Source: Lingula anatina (Eukaryota; Animalia; Brachiopoda). From it: a DNA stretch of 64,000 nt. Below the pieces are notes generated by a model, which saw only the letters and a program-made list of their open reading frames with translations, did no database searches and was not told where the DNA came from. Below are positions 1-11,945 of this stretch, piece by piece. Each line of letters starts with the position of its first letter. The first letter of the stretch is position 1. The stretch covers positions 682,001 to 746,000 of the forward strand of contig CM120646.1 of assembly GCA_051362555.1 (NCBI GenBank), read 5' to 3'. Made by a program: the position numbers and the translations under genes.

Positions 1-196
1 CAGCCTACTTTACATCCTGATTGCCTAAATATCCAGTAGCTTTTTACAAAGGTACTTACAACTTAACAGTATACATGGTGCATGCACTCTTGTATATATC
101 TGTTAACAGGAAGGGTTTACATGCACATATATGTATATTTGACGGCAATTCGTCTATAGCACTGTGTCAGTTTACAGAGCTGTATTTGTCTTGTAG

Positions 197-3100
197 AGCG
201 ACCATTTGGTAAACTCTGCTGAACAGGATGGTCAACCAAGAATCCCGGTTATAACCACAACAACACAGCTATATGGAGAATGGGATCCACTGAGGAATCA
301 GAACTTGTATGTGTACATATCACAATATTGTATACGCCACCCCCACTGTTTTTTAATATGGTCAATATCTATCATACTGGTAGATGTTACATATCACCTG
401 TAGTTCGTATCATAATGATGAGCATGATTTGTGTCAATCAAAAAGGTGACGTATTTTTGAGGGTATTTACTTTTCATTATTTGTATTGTTTCAGAGAATT
501 TTTTATTTGTATGAAATGACATGATATATATGAGAAACAACAATTTTTCTATCCCAAATTATTGGGGAATATTACTGTGAACTTGTTTGTATAAATATAG
601 AAATTATGTTACTAAATCACTGATTTCAGTGAGTCTGGGCGAGAACAGAAGGTTACAGAGATGTCGAGAGGAACACAGACTGAGATTTTGAAACCCAAAG
701 GTAAGTTGTGTCTGGTAGCAGCTTTTGATATACTGTAGTATCAGACGAAAATCCATGCATCATTTATCATTTGAAACTAATGAAAAAATTAATAATTCCT
801 GTTCAAACTATGGACTTGTTATGATATCCAGGAAACTATCTATTTCTCCTATGCATTGCTTGTATTCCAGATCATTTCTTTAACTTAAAATAATTTAAAT
901 CAAATTTTGATCAATCTCCCCCTTTCCTTTGTAACTTGTATTTCAAAATTGTAAATTCTATTAAACATAAATGAATTTTGGGCTAAATATTTTACTCATT
1001 ATTATTATTATTATTAAGGAAATGATCAGGAAGAATCAAACATCTGTTTCAGTTAATGAACAAAGCGCAAATCCTGAGACACCTATGTCGACGCCAGTAT
1101 TAACCCCCATAGTAGCTATCAGCAGCGGCACCAAAGCTCTTTTTGAGCAGTACCGCTATCCCTTGGCGGCGGTGGACCTCAACCTCTTAGCGTCCTGTTT
1201 AGTGAAGGCTGGGGTGTTCTCAGCCTGGGAGGGCCAGCGTGTCCAGTCTGTCCAGTCGATGTCGGAGAAAGCCCGCTGTGTGCTATCCGTGTTGCATTAT
1301 GTCGGGGACCGTGCTGTGGGTGCCTTGAGGAAAGGACTGGCCGACATTGGGGAAACTGACCTCGCTCAGCTGCTGAAGAAAAGAAAAGGTATTTGTATTT
1401 GTTAAGAACACTTGCTTATTTTTCTTTTTCTTTTTCTTTTTCAAATATTGGATTTAATTTTACTTTAAAGCATCTGTATGAAACCTGCAAAGACATTAAA
1501 GCATGCAATTGTTACTCAATAATTTATTTTAATTTTCAAGATAAAATTGACATGATTTAGCAGTATTCTTTATCATTTATTACATATTTTGTCGTATTTT
1601 ACAGCACCCCCAACAGTCCAGGTATCATTTTCTCTGAGCTTCACAGCAGACAGTTACAGTCCTGGGGACGCCAAGAGACTGAAAGAAGCAGGTGGCGTTT
1701 TGCAGGCCAAATGGAAAGACGCCTCCTGGCGGACCTCTGTCACCAAGACTTTCCGAATGGCTGGGTACCAAATCAAGTCCATGGACGCCAACAGCATGAC
1801 GCTGTCCTTGCAGTTCCACAAATTGTCACTGCTGGATAGTTTTTGGGGAGCCCTTAGGAGTGCCCACCCCACTTCACTCACACCGACTCTTGGGAAGATC
1901 GTAGTTGATAAGGACGTAAAGGAGGTCGTGAAGGATATGGAGCTAGCTGTTTGTATCCATAGTGGTTTGACAGTGGAGCAATACTTCAAGACGAGGAGGG
2001 ATTTCATGTTCAGCAGTAAGTCGTCTTGTCTGGTATCAATCACAGTCGCATTTGTGTTAGTATGCTACATAGTGGTCTTATTATTTCCATTTCCTTGATA
2101 TATGTCAGGATATTGCAATAATAAAATACAAAACAATCTTTCAGTTCTTTAGGCAACAGCAAATTCGAAGTTAAGCACGTGTGACATGTGCTTGATTGTT
2201 TATGTTTTGAAAACAAGAAAGAATTGCATACAATTATAATTTACAATTGCTAATCGTGGAGGAGGTTAAAAAGGGTGTGTGTAAAAGGTTTGCAACAAGC
2301 AGAATAAATATCAATGCATGCGTATGTGGTTGATTACTTTACAGAACTCTGTACAAAAGATGACTCCCAGGGGATCTCTAGACCAAAGAAACACAGACAC
2401 GCGGATCATTCAGCCATAAGTGCCCTTGACCTTTGCGTAAATACAAACCAGTTCAGCCAGCTGACAGCAGATACTGAGTCTCCCTTTGAGTCCGTATTTC
2501 GCGCGTATTCAATCCAGAAAAACAAGGACAAAAAGCTGAAGCAGACTCTAGGGGACATGAGGAGACAGATTCTGCAGTGCGGGGATGAAAAAGAGCGTTT
2601 ACAAGAAGACATAGCCAACTACAGGGATTGTATCGTGCCCGGCCTGGAGAACGACAAAAGACAGCTTGAGACGGATATCGCTGACATGGAACTGGAGCTT
2701 CAGGTAGGACTTAGTTGTATAGAGCAGGCGCGAATTGTCTGAAGCGCATGTGCGTATTGTCACAAGGAATTTTTTTAAAAAATTCGTTCACATGCTGCCT
2801 TTCGTCCATTTTACGTCAATTTTTCACCAGGCACCAAGTTCATGTTACACATACAATGTAAACACTAAATGGAACAATGGTCCTTTTCTAGATCATAAAT
2901 GTACATTGCATTCCTTAAATTTGTTCTGGTTATTTTAAGATCATTTAAAGACACAAATTTAAATTCGGAGCGCAAGTTTTGGTTATTTCAAACTTCTTTA
3001 ATCAGTTTTTTGTTTTTATTGACTTCAAGGAAAAAGACAACGAGGTTCAGAAATGGAAGAGATTAGTGGATGTGGACAAAGAGATTCTAATTAAAGAGAA

Positions 3101-5816
3101 AGACAAAGAAGTGGACGATGTTTTGGCTGAGTTGCGGGGCAAAGAAAAGGAAAACACTCAACTCCTCGCAGATGCAGAAACAGCAAGAATAAAAACCGAG
3201 AGTTTGAACGAACAGTTAGCTGAACTGGAAGCCATATTGGCTACAAAAGAAAAAGCGATGCGCGGGATGAAGAAACAACTGGAAGAACTAAAAAATTCTG
3301 GAGAAGGACAATCAAAGGGAGTAACAGCGGCAGCTCTACCAGCTGCTATTTCTCCCATCAATGTGTCTCGCGCGAATGGCCATTTTGCTGTTCCTAAGCA
3401 ACCACCACACCAGTCTAAGCCACAGATCCAAAAACACGCGAGATTCCGAGAGAGTCAAAACGTCGTCATTGAAAACAGTGACGAGTTTTATGAGAGTTAC
3501 CACGAAGACGAGCCCCTGGGGACAGGTGGTGTGGAACCTCCGGCCGAGAAACGAAGGAGTAACGTGGCTCAGATAGACTTGAGAAGGGGTCTGCGCACCA
3601 TGGCACAAACGATGGCACCGAGTTTTGCAACTGGTAAGTTCATTTCCTCATTTTTGTGACGACATGAGGCCAGCTCCATCCTTACTTAACACTGAAAACC
3701 TTTAGTTGTAAATGTACATGTATAGTGATTTCAGTATATTTCATGTGTAGCCAATATGCATGTACATATAGGTTGGCTATTTATTTTGATGTACTAAATG
3801 ATTCCATAGGCATATTGCATTTGATTAAAGAAATAATGTAATAGCTAGGAAATAAGTATATGTAGTTATTAGATGTTATGGAACGAAATCAAGGGATAAG
3901 TTTACGTACTTGGATGTAGTTGGGGTGTATATATGCCTTGCGGTTACCTTGGTTTAAACAATGTTTATTGCATCATGTATAGGCCTTGGGTCCGGTTCAG
4001 TGGAGTATACAAAGCCGAGATACCATGCAGGTCCACTACCTGTTGGATCGCGCGTGCGCAGAGGACCTGACTGGAAATGGGGCAACCAAGATGGCGAGGG
4101 TCTTGGCACTGTCGTAAAAGATGACAATGTTGGTATGTACGGACCAGATACGTATACGTTATTGTAAAGGTTACATTTTAAAAGTAACATTTCGTGAGCA
4201 TTGCAAAACCATAATGAGAAACTTCTATTTCTTGTACACTAACGCGCGGAATGTGAAAGAACAAACCAGCCGTACGACATTTTGTTACAAATGTTCATGT
4301 ACATGTAATTACCCCACAAATATGTGTATTTTCTTCAGGGTTGCTGTCTGTGCAGTGGGATCATAACGACGAGGTGAACATCTACAGGTATGGGGTAGAG
4401 GCGGCCTATGACATCCTGGCGTCAGACGAGACCAGGGAGCTGCAGCCAGGGGAGACCATTGCTGTTGGAGTGGAAGTACAACTAGGTAGGTACCAGTATC
4501 CTGTTGGCCACTGTTTCAAATAGCCTAATACCGAGACCAGTCTTTATGCAAGTTTAACATGAGCAGTTGAGATGTAGATATAGGCCTACACATGCAACGT
4601 TCTCAGCGCATCTTTATTCAAAGTCATCTGTATACTAAGAATGCAATCACATTGGATATTTGTCGTCTTTATTCAGAGTCAGTTATATACTTTGAATGCT
4701 ATCACATTGGCTATCCACTGTCTTTTAATTCAGAGTCCGCTATATAGTTTGAATACAGCCACAGTAGGTATCAATAGTCTTCCCTCTGTTCTGCAGGGCC
4801 TGACTGGATGTATGACCCTTACACTGTGGGTGGCCGCCATGCAGTTGGGTATGTCTACCATGTATCTGAAGACGGCTTTGTAAAGGTAAAGAGAAGATTG
4901 CATTTTGTGTATAACACATGTTAAATAGAAGACATGTAATGTGTAAAATAGAAGACATGTACATTGTAACACGTTATACAGAAAACATGCTATATGTAAC
5001 ATAAGCTATATAGAAGACATGCATGTAATATGTAACACGTTATATAAAAGACGTTATATATAACACGTGTCCATCTAGTTTCTTGGTGCGTTCAAAATAT
5101 GCCTACGTGTCAATGTAAAGCTTTTTTATTGTAACCTAAACGGTAAAGAGACTGGCGTCATCGCGGGCGTAGCGGCGCACATTTGTGCTTATTAAAAAAC
5201 AAAAATGTTTTATTCACTTACTTTTTTATATGAGTCGAACTGCATCAAACCCAATAGCATGCGTGATTGATTTCGCCTAAGCTAGATACTTACCACAAAA
5301 AGTTCTTCACTTTATATATAATTAGCTCTTTTTCTAAAATTTTAAAAAATGTTTTTAAATTTATTTTTGCCAGGTTCGCTGGAAGAACGGTCAACGAGTG
5401 TTATGTCGTTTTGGCTTTGAAGGAAATTATGACGTATTAGTCAAGTAAGTATAACACAAGTGCAAGGCTTATTACTACTAGCTCCTGGGAAGACCTTAAG
5501 TAAACTCTTACGATAATTTTGTATTTCGATGTTACTACTATGTGTTAAGTAAGCCTTATTACAAACAATTCCTAGGAATTTCTAAAATAAACACTTACAA
5601 AAATTTTGTATTTCGATGCAACTCCTTTGTCCTTTGTGTTTAGTGCGTTTTTGTAAAGCCCAATTTGCAGAGGCCTTTGATTAAGGTTCACTACACTACA
5701 TTACAATACAATATACTCACAATTGATTTTGACCAATTAGTTTTGATTTATTTATATGGATTATCATCACCGTATACTACGTTGTTTCTTGATTTTTCAG
5801 AGGGCGAAATACTTGA
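197..5816 (+). CDS. Spliced gene, 5'-incomplete: CARD-like death fold + TRADD-N-like domain + coiled coil + 2 MIB/HERC2 domains
   Basis: Frame-consistent GT-AG exons: 197-306, 630-700, 1053-1388, 1605-2015, 2345-2703, 3030-3633, 3983-4132, 4339-4485, 4797-4885, 5374-5444, 5801-5816 (TGA 5814-5816). Exon 1053-1388 (LFEQYRYPLAAVDLNLLASCLVKAGVFS...EKARCVLSVL...ALRKGLADIGETDLAQLL) has a CARD-like helix pattern. VGSRVRRGPDWKWGNQDGEGLGTV...VQWD...YRYG...YDI and VGVEVQLGPDW...VKVRWKNG...RFG...YDV are MIB/HERC2 motifs. AATAAA at 6595-6600. Confidence 0.8.
4610..4780 (+). repeat. Three degenerate tandem copies of a ~57-bp intronic unit
   Basis: TTATTCAAAGTC..TATACT..GAATGC.ATCACATTGG recurs at about 4613, 4669 and 4726. 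Confidence 0.6.
4906..5066 (+). repeat. Degenerate intronic minisatellite (ATAGAAGACATG.../TAACACGTTATA)
   Basis: About 5 imperfect copies visible directly. Confidence 0.6.
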
Positions 5817-6975
5817 TTGATAGAAAAATGCTGGGAATGCGGAAATTGATTTAACTATAAGTTATCACGCCGCTGATCGCTACCGGTTATGAAGGAGACT
5901 TCCTCTACACGGAATCCAAGGCAACGCACTTAGCTGTGCAAATGCAATGCAAAATAATATATATGTACAAACATTTTATTTATGCCCCCAATGCTTAGGA
6001 TTAAGACAAAGGGAACAAATTGTACCAAAACTTTAAATTGGTTGGACCTTGTTTACGTTTAAACTGCGAAAGATGTGACATAAAAAACAGGAAAGAACAA
6101 AGATTCATAGAGGAGGTAAAAGTAGCATTTTTTTCTGTATATGACTAAGATTCAAGATGATTATCTAAAAGTCTTGTATGCAAGCCATTTTTAAAATGTA
6201 GGCTGACAAAGACGTACCTGTTTGTATCCAGCTTGGCTTCAATCGCCCTTTTCAGAGATGTGTCCAGGCTATCGGGAGTGGTTTTAATGTATACCTTATA
6301 CACGGATTTGAAAATGTCTAAAAGTCATATTTATATGTTAAAATGTCCTGCGAGGTTTCAGGCTCTTATCTTTTCTAATTCAGGCCTGAAAAACAATGCA
6401 AAAAGTCATAAGATGTATCTGATGTTGATTTTTTTTACATCAGAGGGCTCAAGGCCGAAATTGCCGGTGGATATCTCTCCAAAAAGGCGTTCAAAGTTTA
6501 AGTAATGTTTTCGTTTTGATACTTTAAAGTGTGAATGGATTGGTCTTGTTTTGATGTATATTAGTATTTATCTTACTAAAATAACATTTTGTTCAATAAA
6601 AACCTTTGATCTGTAGGACACGAAAAAAGTACTGACTTGGTGCGATACATAAATGGGCAAAATTTTGTGGTGGCTTTCTTATCAAAGAGGCGGGGTATTT
6701 TCTCATCATTTATTTGCCAAAGAAAGGTCACATCGGATATGCCTCACTGCAGTTCACTTTTAACCGTCTCTGCATAAGCAAATACGGAATAACCAATTTA
6801 TCATTAATAGAAAAAAAACTTACTATTCGATTGCTTTATATTTTTCTGATCATCGAATGATTCAAACTCGGTGCAGAACACAGACAAAGTGATATAACGA
6901 ACAAAGCAACATTAATGTTTTTATCCTGTAAACGGAAACAGAACAGTTAATTAAGAAGACGGCAGCAACCAATAC

Positions 6976-7206
6976 AACTAGAAAATCACTCCGAGAGCGC
7001 AGACCTCCGCCAAGGCAGCGATTTTTTATTATTATTGAACCACCAAAGTTAACCCATTTCCCACCTACCCTGAAAATTTCATCAAAATGGCTCAATAACT
7101 TTTTGAGTTATGTTGATGACAAACAGGCAGACAGACAGACAGGGGTGAAAACATGATAGTGATGATGACGATAACATACTAGTATAAAGTGCTTCGTGAA
7201 GGTAAT
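6976..7206 (-). mobile_element. Short non-autonomous Helitron/Helentron (HINE)-like element
   Basis: AACTAG end (CTAGTT on the minus strand) next to CCTCCGCCAAG, followed by a (CAGA)n microsatellite and GAAGGTAAT at the other end; typical HINE layout. Confidence 0.5.
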
Positions 7207-7385
7207 TAACATACCGGGTTCTCGTGGCTCAAACCCTATACTGGAGTAAATAGAAATTCTTGGCTACGTTCCCTTCACGTACTAATATATGCAGACAAAG
7301 CACGTGCAGCACCGCGTTTTACAGATATAAATAGGGTGACAAACCGGAATGTACTGTTAATAAAAAATGGGCCTAACGAAGCGTC

Positions 7386-7417
7386 TATATATAACCTTTA
7401 CCAGTATACACTCAGAC
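7386..7417 (+). promoter_or_regulatory. TATA box and Inr-like motif of cysteine-rich peptide first exon A1
   Basis: TATATATAA at 7386-7394, TCAGAC about 25 nt downstream, ATG at 7438. Confidence 0.5.
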
Positions 7418-7437
7418 AGTAATTAAAACTCACTGCA

Positions 7438-7546
7438 ATGGGTACCTTTAAAGTCCTGGCGTTGACTCTCTGCCTTATGGTTGCTATGGCGTTCGTCCAT
7501 GGAGGCCCACGTAATGTCTGCAAGACCTGCCGCGGCGGCATACTCC
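7438..7546 (+). CDS. Cys-rich peptide family, orphan intact first coding exon (A1)
   Basis: MGTFKVLALTLCLMVAMAFVHG-GPRNVCKTCRGGIL, 109 nt, phase-1 GTAAGT donor; same length and phase as the first exons at 9692 and 14338. No private exons 2/3 found before 9692. Confidence 0.75.
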
Positions 7547-7984
7547 GTAAGTGTACACAGTATATTTTCACAATTAATACAGACGATTTAGGATTCTTTT
7601 AAAGCAAAGGAATTTTATAGGATTTAAGAAAGACAAACATTGAACTTGAACACACAAAACGCTACAAAGATACATTCATTTATAGAGCACGCGACAAATC
7701 AAAAAATGTTTTTTACAATTCTCACCAGCATGAAATCAATCAGTAGATTAGAACTAATTCATCAATTTGACCAATATGGAACGTTTTTTGATAATTTAGT
7801 CTCGCACTCTTTAGTGAATCTCAACCACCACGAAGCTTTTATTTGTAAAGTTAGTCTTTGTTCATGAGCAAGTAGCGATAGGCGGACATTCAACTATTGC
7901 TTTACGATGTACACATATAAACATACTAGACGTTAGTGAAGTTTTAAGTAATTTAACTAGAATCATTTGTGTCACTTGAACTCA

Positions 7985-8088
7985 CATCTTTTAACATCCT
8001 GGCATTAACTCTCTGCCTGCTCATGCTATGGAGATTGCCCACGGTTGTTTCAAGAACCACTGCAAGACCTGTGGCGGTGGCAAATTCC
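7985..8088 (+). pseudogene. Cys-rich peptide family, pseudo first exon (B1)
   Basis: Homologous to 14300-14446 but the ATG-containing segment is deleted and there is a 1-nt frameshift (CTG CTC AT- GCT ATG). It still reads AHGCFKNHCKTCGGGKF and keeps a GTGAGT donor. Confidence 0.75.
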
Positions 8089-8324
8089 GTGAGTGTAGAC
8101 ATGACCCAGTCCTGGATCTAACGAGACTGAAGCTCCTGTAACAGAAACTGTAACAGAAAGTAATGGTTAGGGTTAGCCTGGCCTAAGTGGGTCAAAATCT
8201 AGGGCGAGGCTTACCTGTACAAACGAATGGGAAGCTCACTCTATCATGGGGGAGGCTCTGCCACGTTACACCGGTTTCACAAAATAAAGTAGGACAGTTC
8301 CCTGGCTAAGGTTTTCTTAAAGAT

Positions 8325-8400
8325 TCAAAATGTCGTCATGATGACGATGGTTACTATGACGACGAGGACCTGGGGACGGGCGGTAGGAACCCAGGAGAAA
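8325..8400 (+). pseudogene. Decayed copy of part of exon 3030-3633 of the CARD/MIB-HERC2 gene
   Basis: TCAAAATGTCGTCAT...GGTTACTATGACGACGAGGACCTGGGGACGGGCGGT matches 3455-3530 TCAAAACGTCGTCAT...AGTTACCACGAAGACGAGCCCCTGGGGACAGGTGGT (GYYDDEDLGTGG vs SYHEDEPLGTGG). Confidence 0.6.
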
Positions 8401-8712
8401 AAAAGGGATAGGTAACTAAATCCCCAATTTACACGATGATGGGTTGCGTTGTTGTTTCGTAATAGTTCAAATATTTATTTGTAGCCTTGTATATAAATGC
8501 AGTAGGGGTGACACTTTTTTGGTAGGGGATAATATATTAGTATGCATTACTGTGTGAAGGATAATTTGGATTTCGCATGACTCTTACACTTAGCACCCTG
8601 TATGTACAAGTTCTCCGAGTGCCCCCGGCACGTTTAGACTAATTGTGCAAACGAAGCCTGCGCAATACGCGTTCTTCCATTATAAAAAGGGTGACAAACT
8701 GTCATAATTATA

Positions 8713-9614
8713 CACCGTAGCTCAAAATACTTCTTACACCCTCGAAGCCTTGGGTTTTCAATAATGTCTATCAAACTCTATATGTTAATATATTGGTTGC
8801 TTCCTTCCACGCATTAAATGACCATTTGCCTGTACGCAAGTCAAAGACGTCAGGTATAGCTTGGCTATTAAAGGAAATATTTTCACCTTCATAAAAGATG
8901 ATTTATTGGAGTAGATGAGATCTGACCTCCACCAAACTATCGCTGAAGCCATAGCAGGACCGACTCGTGTTGGTCTTCCGAACCAGCTGCATTTAACAAT
9001 ATTACAAGAGATCCAGCATTGCCACCTACTGCTTGGCGTTTCAAGGCAAACTGTTATTAGAGTACTTGAACTCCAGAGAAGAGCAGCAACCGACAGTGTA
9101 GCCCCTGACAAATCCACAGGTCGACTCCATACCGTTAACACCCATACTCACTGCATCATTATAAAATTACCAAAAGAACTGGCACTAAATCTGCCATTGG
9201 CATTGTTACAGAATTACGGGCCAGCATGTCCCGTGGTGAAGTAGACCGTTATCGTGCACGTGGCGGTCACATAACTATTAATATGAACAATATATTGTAC
9301 TCATTGGTAATTTTAAAAAATTTGTTTGAAATTTTAAACTGACTGCAACTTGCCATGGGAATGTTAAGAGTTTAAGCTTTAATAGAATTTGTATCCAAAA
9401 GAGGTCATTTACAGGGACCATATTGAAGACTCTATTAAATACACAGAGGGTGGGCAATATAACCGATATTGTTGCTTCTTTTGTTTGTTTAGTGATTAAA
9501 ACTTTCCTATCTGCAATGATACAAAGAACTAAACAATGAACAAAAGAAAAGTTGATATTTTGTAACAAAAGTAATAAATGGTTTTAGGTGTAATAGCCAT
9601 TTTGAGCAACAGTG
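8713..9614 (+). mobile_element. Internally deleted Tc1/mariner DNA transposon
   Basis: Imperfect ~28-bp TIRs (CACCGTAGCTCAAAATACTTCTTACACC / GGTGTAATAGCCATTTTTGAGCAACAGTG) flanked by TA on both sides. ORF 8915-9244 contains a Tc1-type HTH remnant (LLGVSRQTVIRVLE...DSVAPDKSTGR). Confidence 0.75.
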
Positions 9615-9691
9615 TATAAACTACATACCACGAAGAGTTCATATGTATTTAACCTTTTACAATTATCACACGGCTATAGTAACACATAACA

Positions 9692-11230
9692 ATGGGTGCC
9701 TTTAAAGTCCTGGTATTGATTGTCTGCCTGTTGGTTGCTGTGGCGTTTGTTCATGGAGGTTTCAAAAACCCCTGCAAGGTCTGTCGCGGCGGCATACTTA
9801 GTAAGTGTACACATGATCTGGTTTTGCAACTAATACATGGGCTTTTATATTATTTTAAAACATAGAAACTTTATAAGATTGAAAAGAGACACAAAAGCTT
9901 GATTTTAAATGATAAATCAAATCACAAGTCATTAGATTTGAAATTATCCATTAATTTGTCAAATATGACCAGACTTATGAAAATTGAGTGTTAGACCTTA
10001 AATGTGGGAAGCTTTTCAATACCTTGCACAAGTGGACGTCTCAGTTAATAGGCAGAAATGTACCTAAAACAACGATGTATTCAACATGTTATACAAATAA
10101 GATTCAAAACACCGACACGGACAGCTAGAGTCACGATAGAAAACATTGAACTAGTGTCTTACCATGTGAATGTATGAACAAAGCCTACTCGAATATTGTA
10201 AAGTTTTAAATAACCCAATCAAGATCGGCTGTGTCACTACACAACTACGTGTACAAGCAATCCCTATCCCATTTCTTCAACATTTGGTGCTGTATCGCCC
10301 AGAATGTGTCACTGAAGTCCAATAAAATGACATAATTTCAGAAGTTCCTGGCAGAAGTTAAGGTTGGTATTTCACAGTTCATGTGACAGATAAAAAGAAG
10401 AGTAAACTGTAACTGTGCAAGGGAATGCTTATTAATAAAATGAGAGATATATTACAAAGGAAAGTCTAAAACGATAAATTATTTTTGTGAAGCATGTTTT
10501 TTAGTGATAACCACAGCTCCTGAACACAATCTTTTGGGACTTTCAGGTTGTAAAAAGTGAGATTTTATTCGATTGTTTTAGACAGTTATTGCAGTCTTAA
10601 TTTTGGAAGCGTTTATTCCTCTCTATCCTGCCGGTGAATTAAAGGCATATCACAGGTGGCGTTGGTAGGATCCACCAACGGAAGTAAGTGTACAGCCGTT
10701 TTAAAACAATTAAGTTATAGTTCCATATTCCAGGATACAGCCACGACTCGTCACCCACCTGCGCTATATCCCCGTGTGAACACGTGAAGTGTAGATACGG
10801 ATTCAGATGCATGTAAGTTGTCACAATAAAAACAGAAACAACGGCACAATAATTGTGTACGTGTTGGGCATATATCGGGTAGTTGAAAACAATTCCGGTT
10901 CTAAATGATACTTTAATACTACAAATGACAATTTCACGGATTTCATTTAGCATTATGGTGTCATAATAATTCATTTATGACAATAGGATTATGTTTCAGT
11001 AACACTAATCACTGGAATTAAGACAAAAATAGGTATGACACTTTAAACTATTTTGAAGTCTCTTAAATGATGATCTTCACCCAAACTGCCTCGATTTGCA
11101 ATTCCGTACCTTTGAAATAAGCCTGACGCACATTTACCACTGTTTTCCTTCCAGTTCTGGTTGCCACTGTGCTCCTATGTGTGTGCGTCTCAGTGCATGC
11201 TACTACTATGTGTGGTACAATGGAAAGTGA
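9692..11230 (+). CDS. Secreted 10-Cys, C-terminally amidated peptide precursor, copy A2 (87 aa)
   Basis: Exons 9692-9800, 10734-10812, 11155-11230 (109+79+76 nt, phases 1 and 2, canonical GT-AG) give MGAFKVLVLIVCLLVAVAFVHG-GFKNPCKVCRGGILRYSHDSSPTCAISPCEHVKCRYGFRCISGCHCAPMCVRLSACYYYVWYNGK*. AATAAA at 11455-11460. Confidence 0.88.
10140..10238 (+). repeat. Remnant of a B-type peptide promoter inside intron 1 of copy A2
   Basis: AAACATTGAACTAGTGTCTTACCATG...AAAGCCTACTCG...AAATAACCCAATCAAGATC..TGTGTCACT matches 14212-14309 and, more weakly, 7890-7977. Confidence 0.7.
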
Positions 11231-11945
11231 ATTTTACGTTCTTCAGCACATTTCTAAAGGACAGTCGTAACACCGTCCAACAAACTCTAGGATTTTTTTA
11301 GTCTTGTCAATTACGAAGAGATTTGCTTCGCCTAGAAAGCCTTCTATCAGATCGTTTTAAGTTTAGATAAATGTCAAGACTTGCCTTCTTTCTTTAAATA
11401 ATGATTGCATCTGTACTGGTCATCATTGTGCAATTTTTCAAATTAAACAAAACCAATAAAATGAAATTGATCATCTTTTTATATTTTTGTCTGTTCTAAC
11501 ATTAACGCCGCATTTTGCCACCACCACGCATTTTGCACTGGTTGTAAAATACACTTGGTTTCAAAATGCTTCTCTACAGAAGTCAAGACATAAAAACCCA
11601 TTCCGCTGATGCCTTACATCAAAGAGATAGCTGGGCTGAGTTCTCTTCATTTGACTTACTCGGATTCTTTAACGTGATAAAGAACAACTATTTTCCCATG
11701 AACATGATCTAATTTTTTTAAACAATGAAAAGAAGTTTTAAAAAATTAGATCAGTTGCTGACGCGCCATACCGCATTAATTACGGTACGCACGAAAATCG
11801 TGCATCATGTTATGTTGGCTACCATCTGCGACATAATACGAGCCAATCCCAGGCACAAACACCATTATTCTTTTTTGTTCATTGTTTCCACTGACATGAT
11901 AGATCTGTAATGCATTGGTGCAAGGTTGTTTAAAATTGGGTCATT
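10741..11945 (+). repeat. Segmental tandem duplication, paired with about 14652-16010
   Basis: Exon 2, intron 2, exon 3, 3' UTR and flank are colinear and highly similar. A further shared block is 13494-13658 vs 16607-16765. Confidence 0.85.

Noticed and set aside
8590-8640. HPVCTSSPS reading as a decayed exon 2 for peptide exon A1
   Set aside because: Weak similarity, and the adjoining sequence aligns with the A1 upstream promoter region (7260-7340), so it is better explained as promoter homology.
10656-10683. CAG...GTAAGT-bounded 28-nt segment as an extra peptide exon
   Set aside because: Not a multiple of three, poor polypyrimidine tract, and no counterpart in copy B2.
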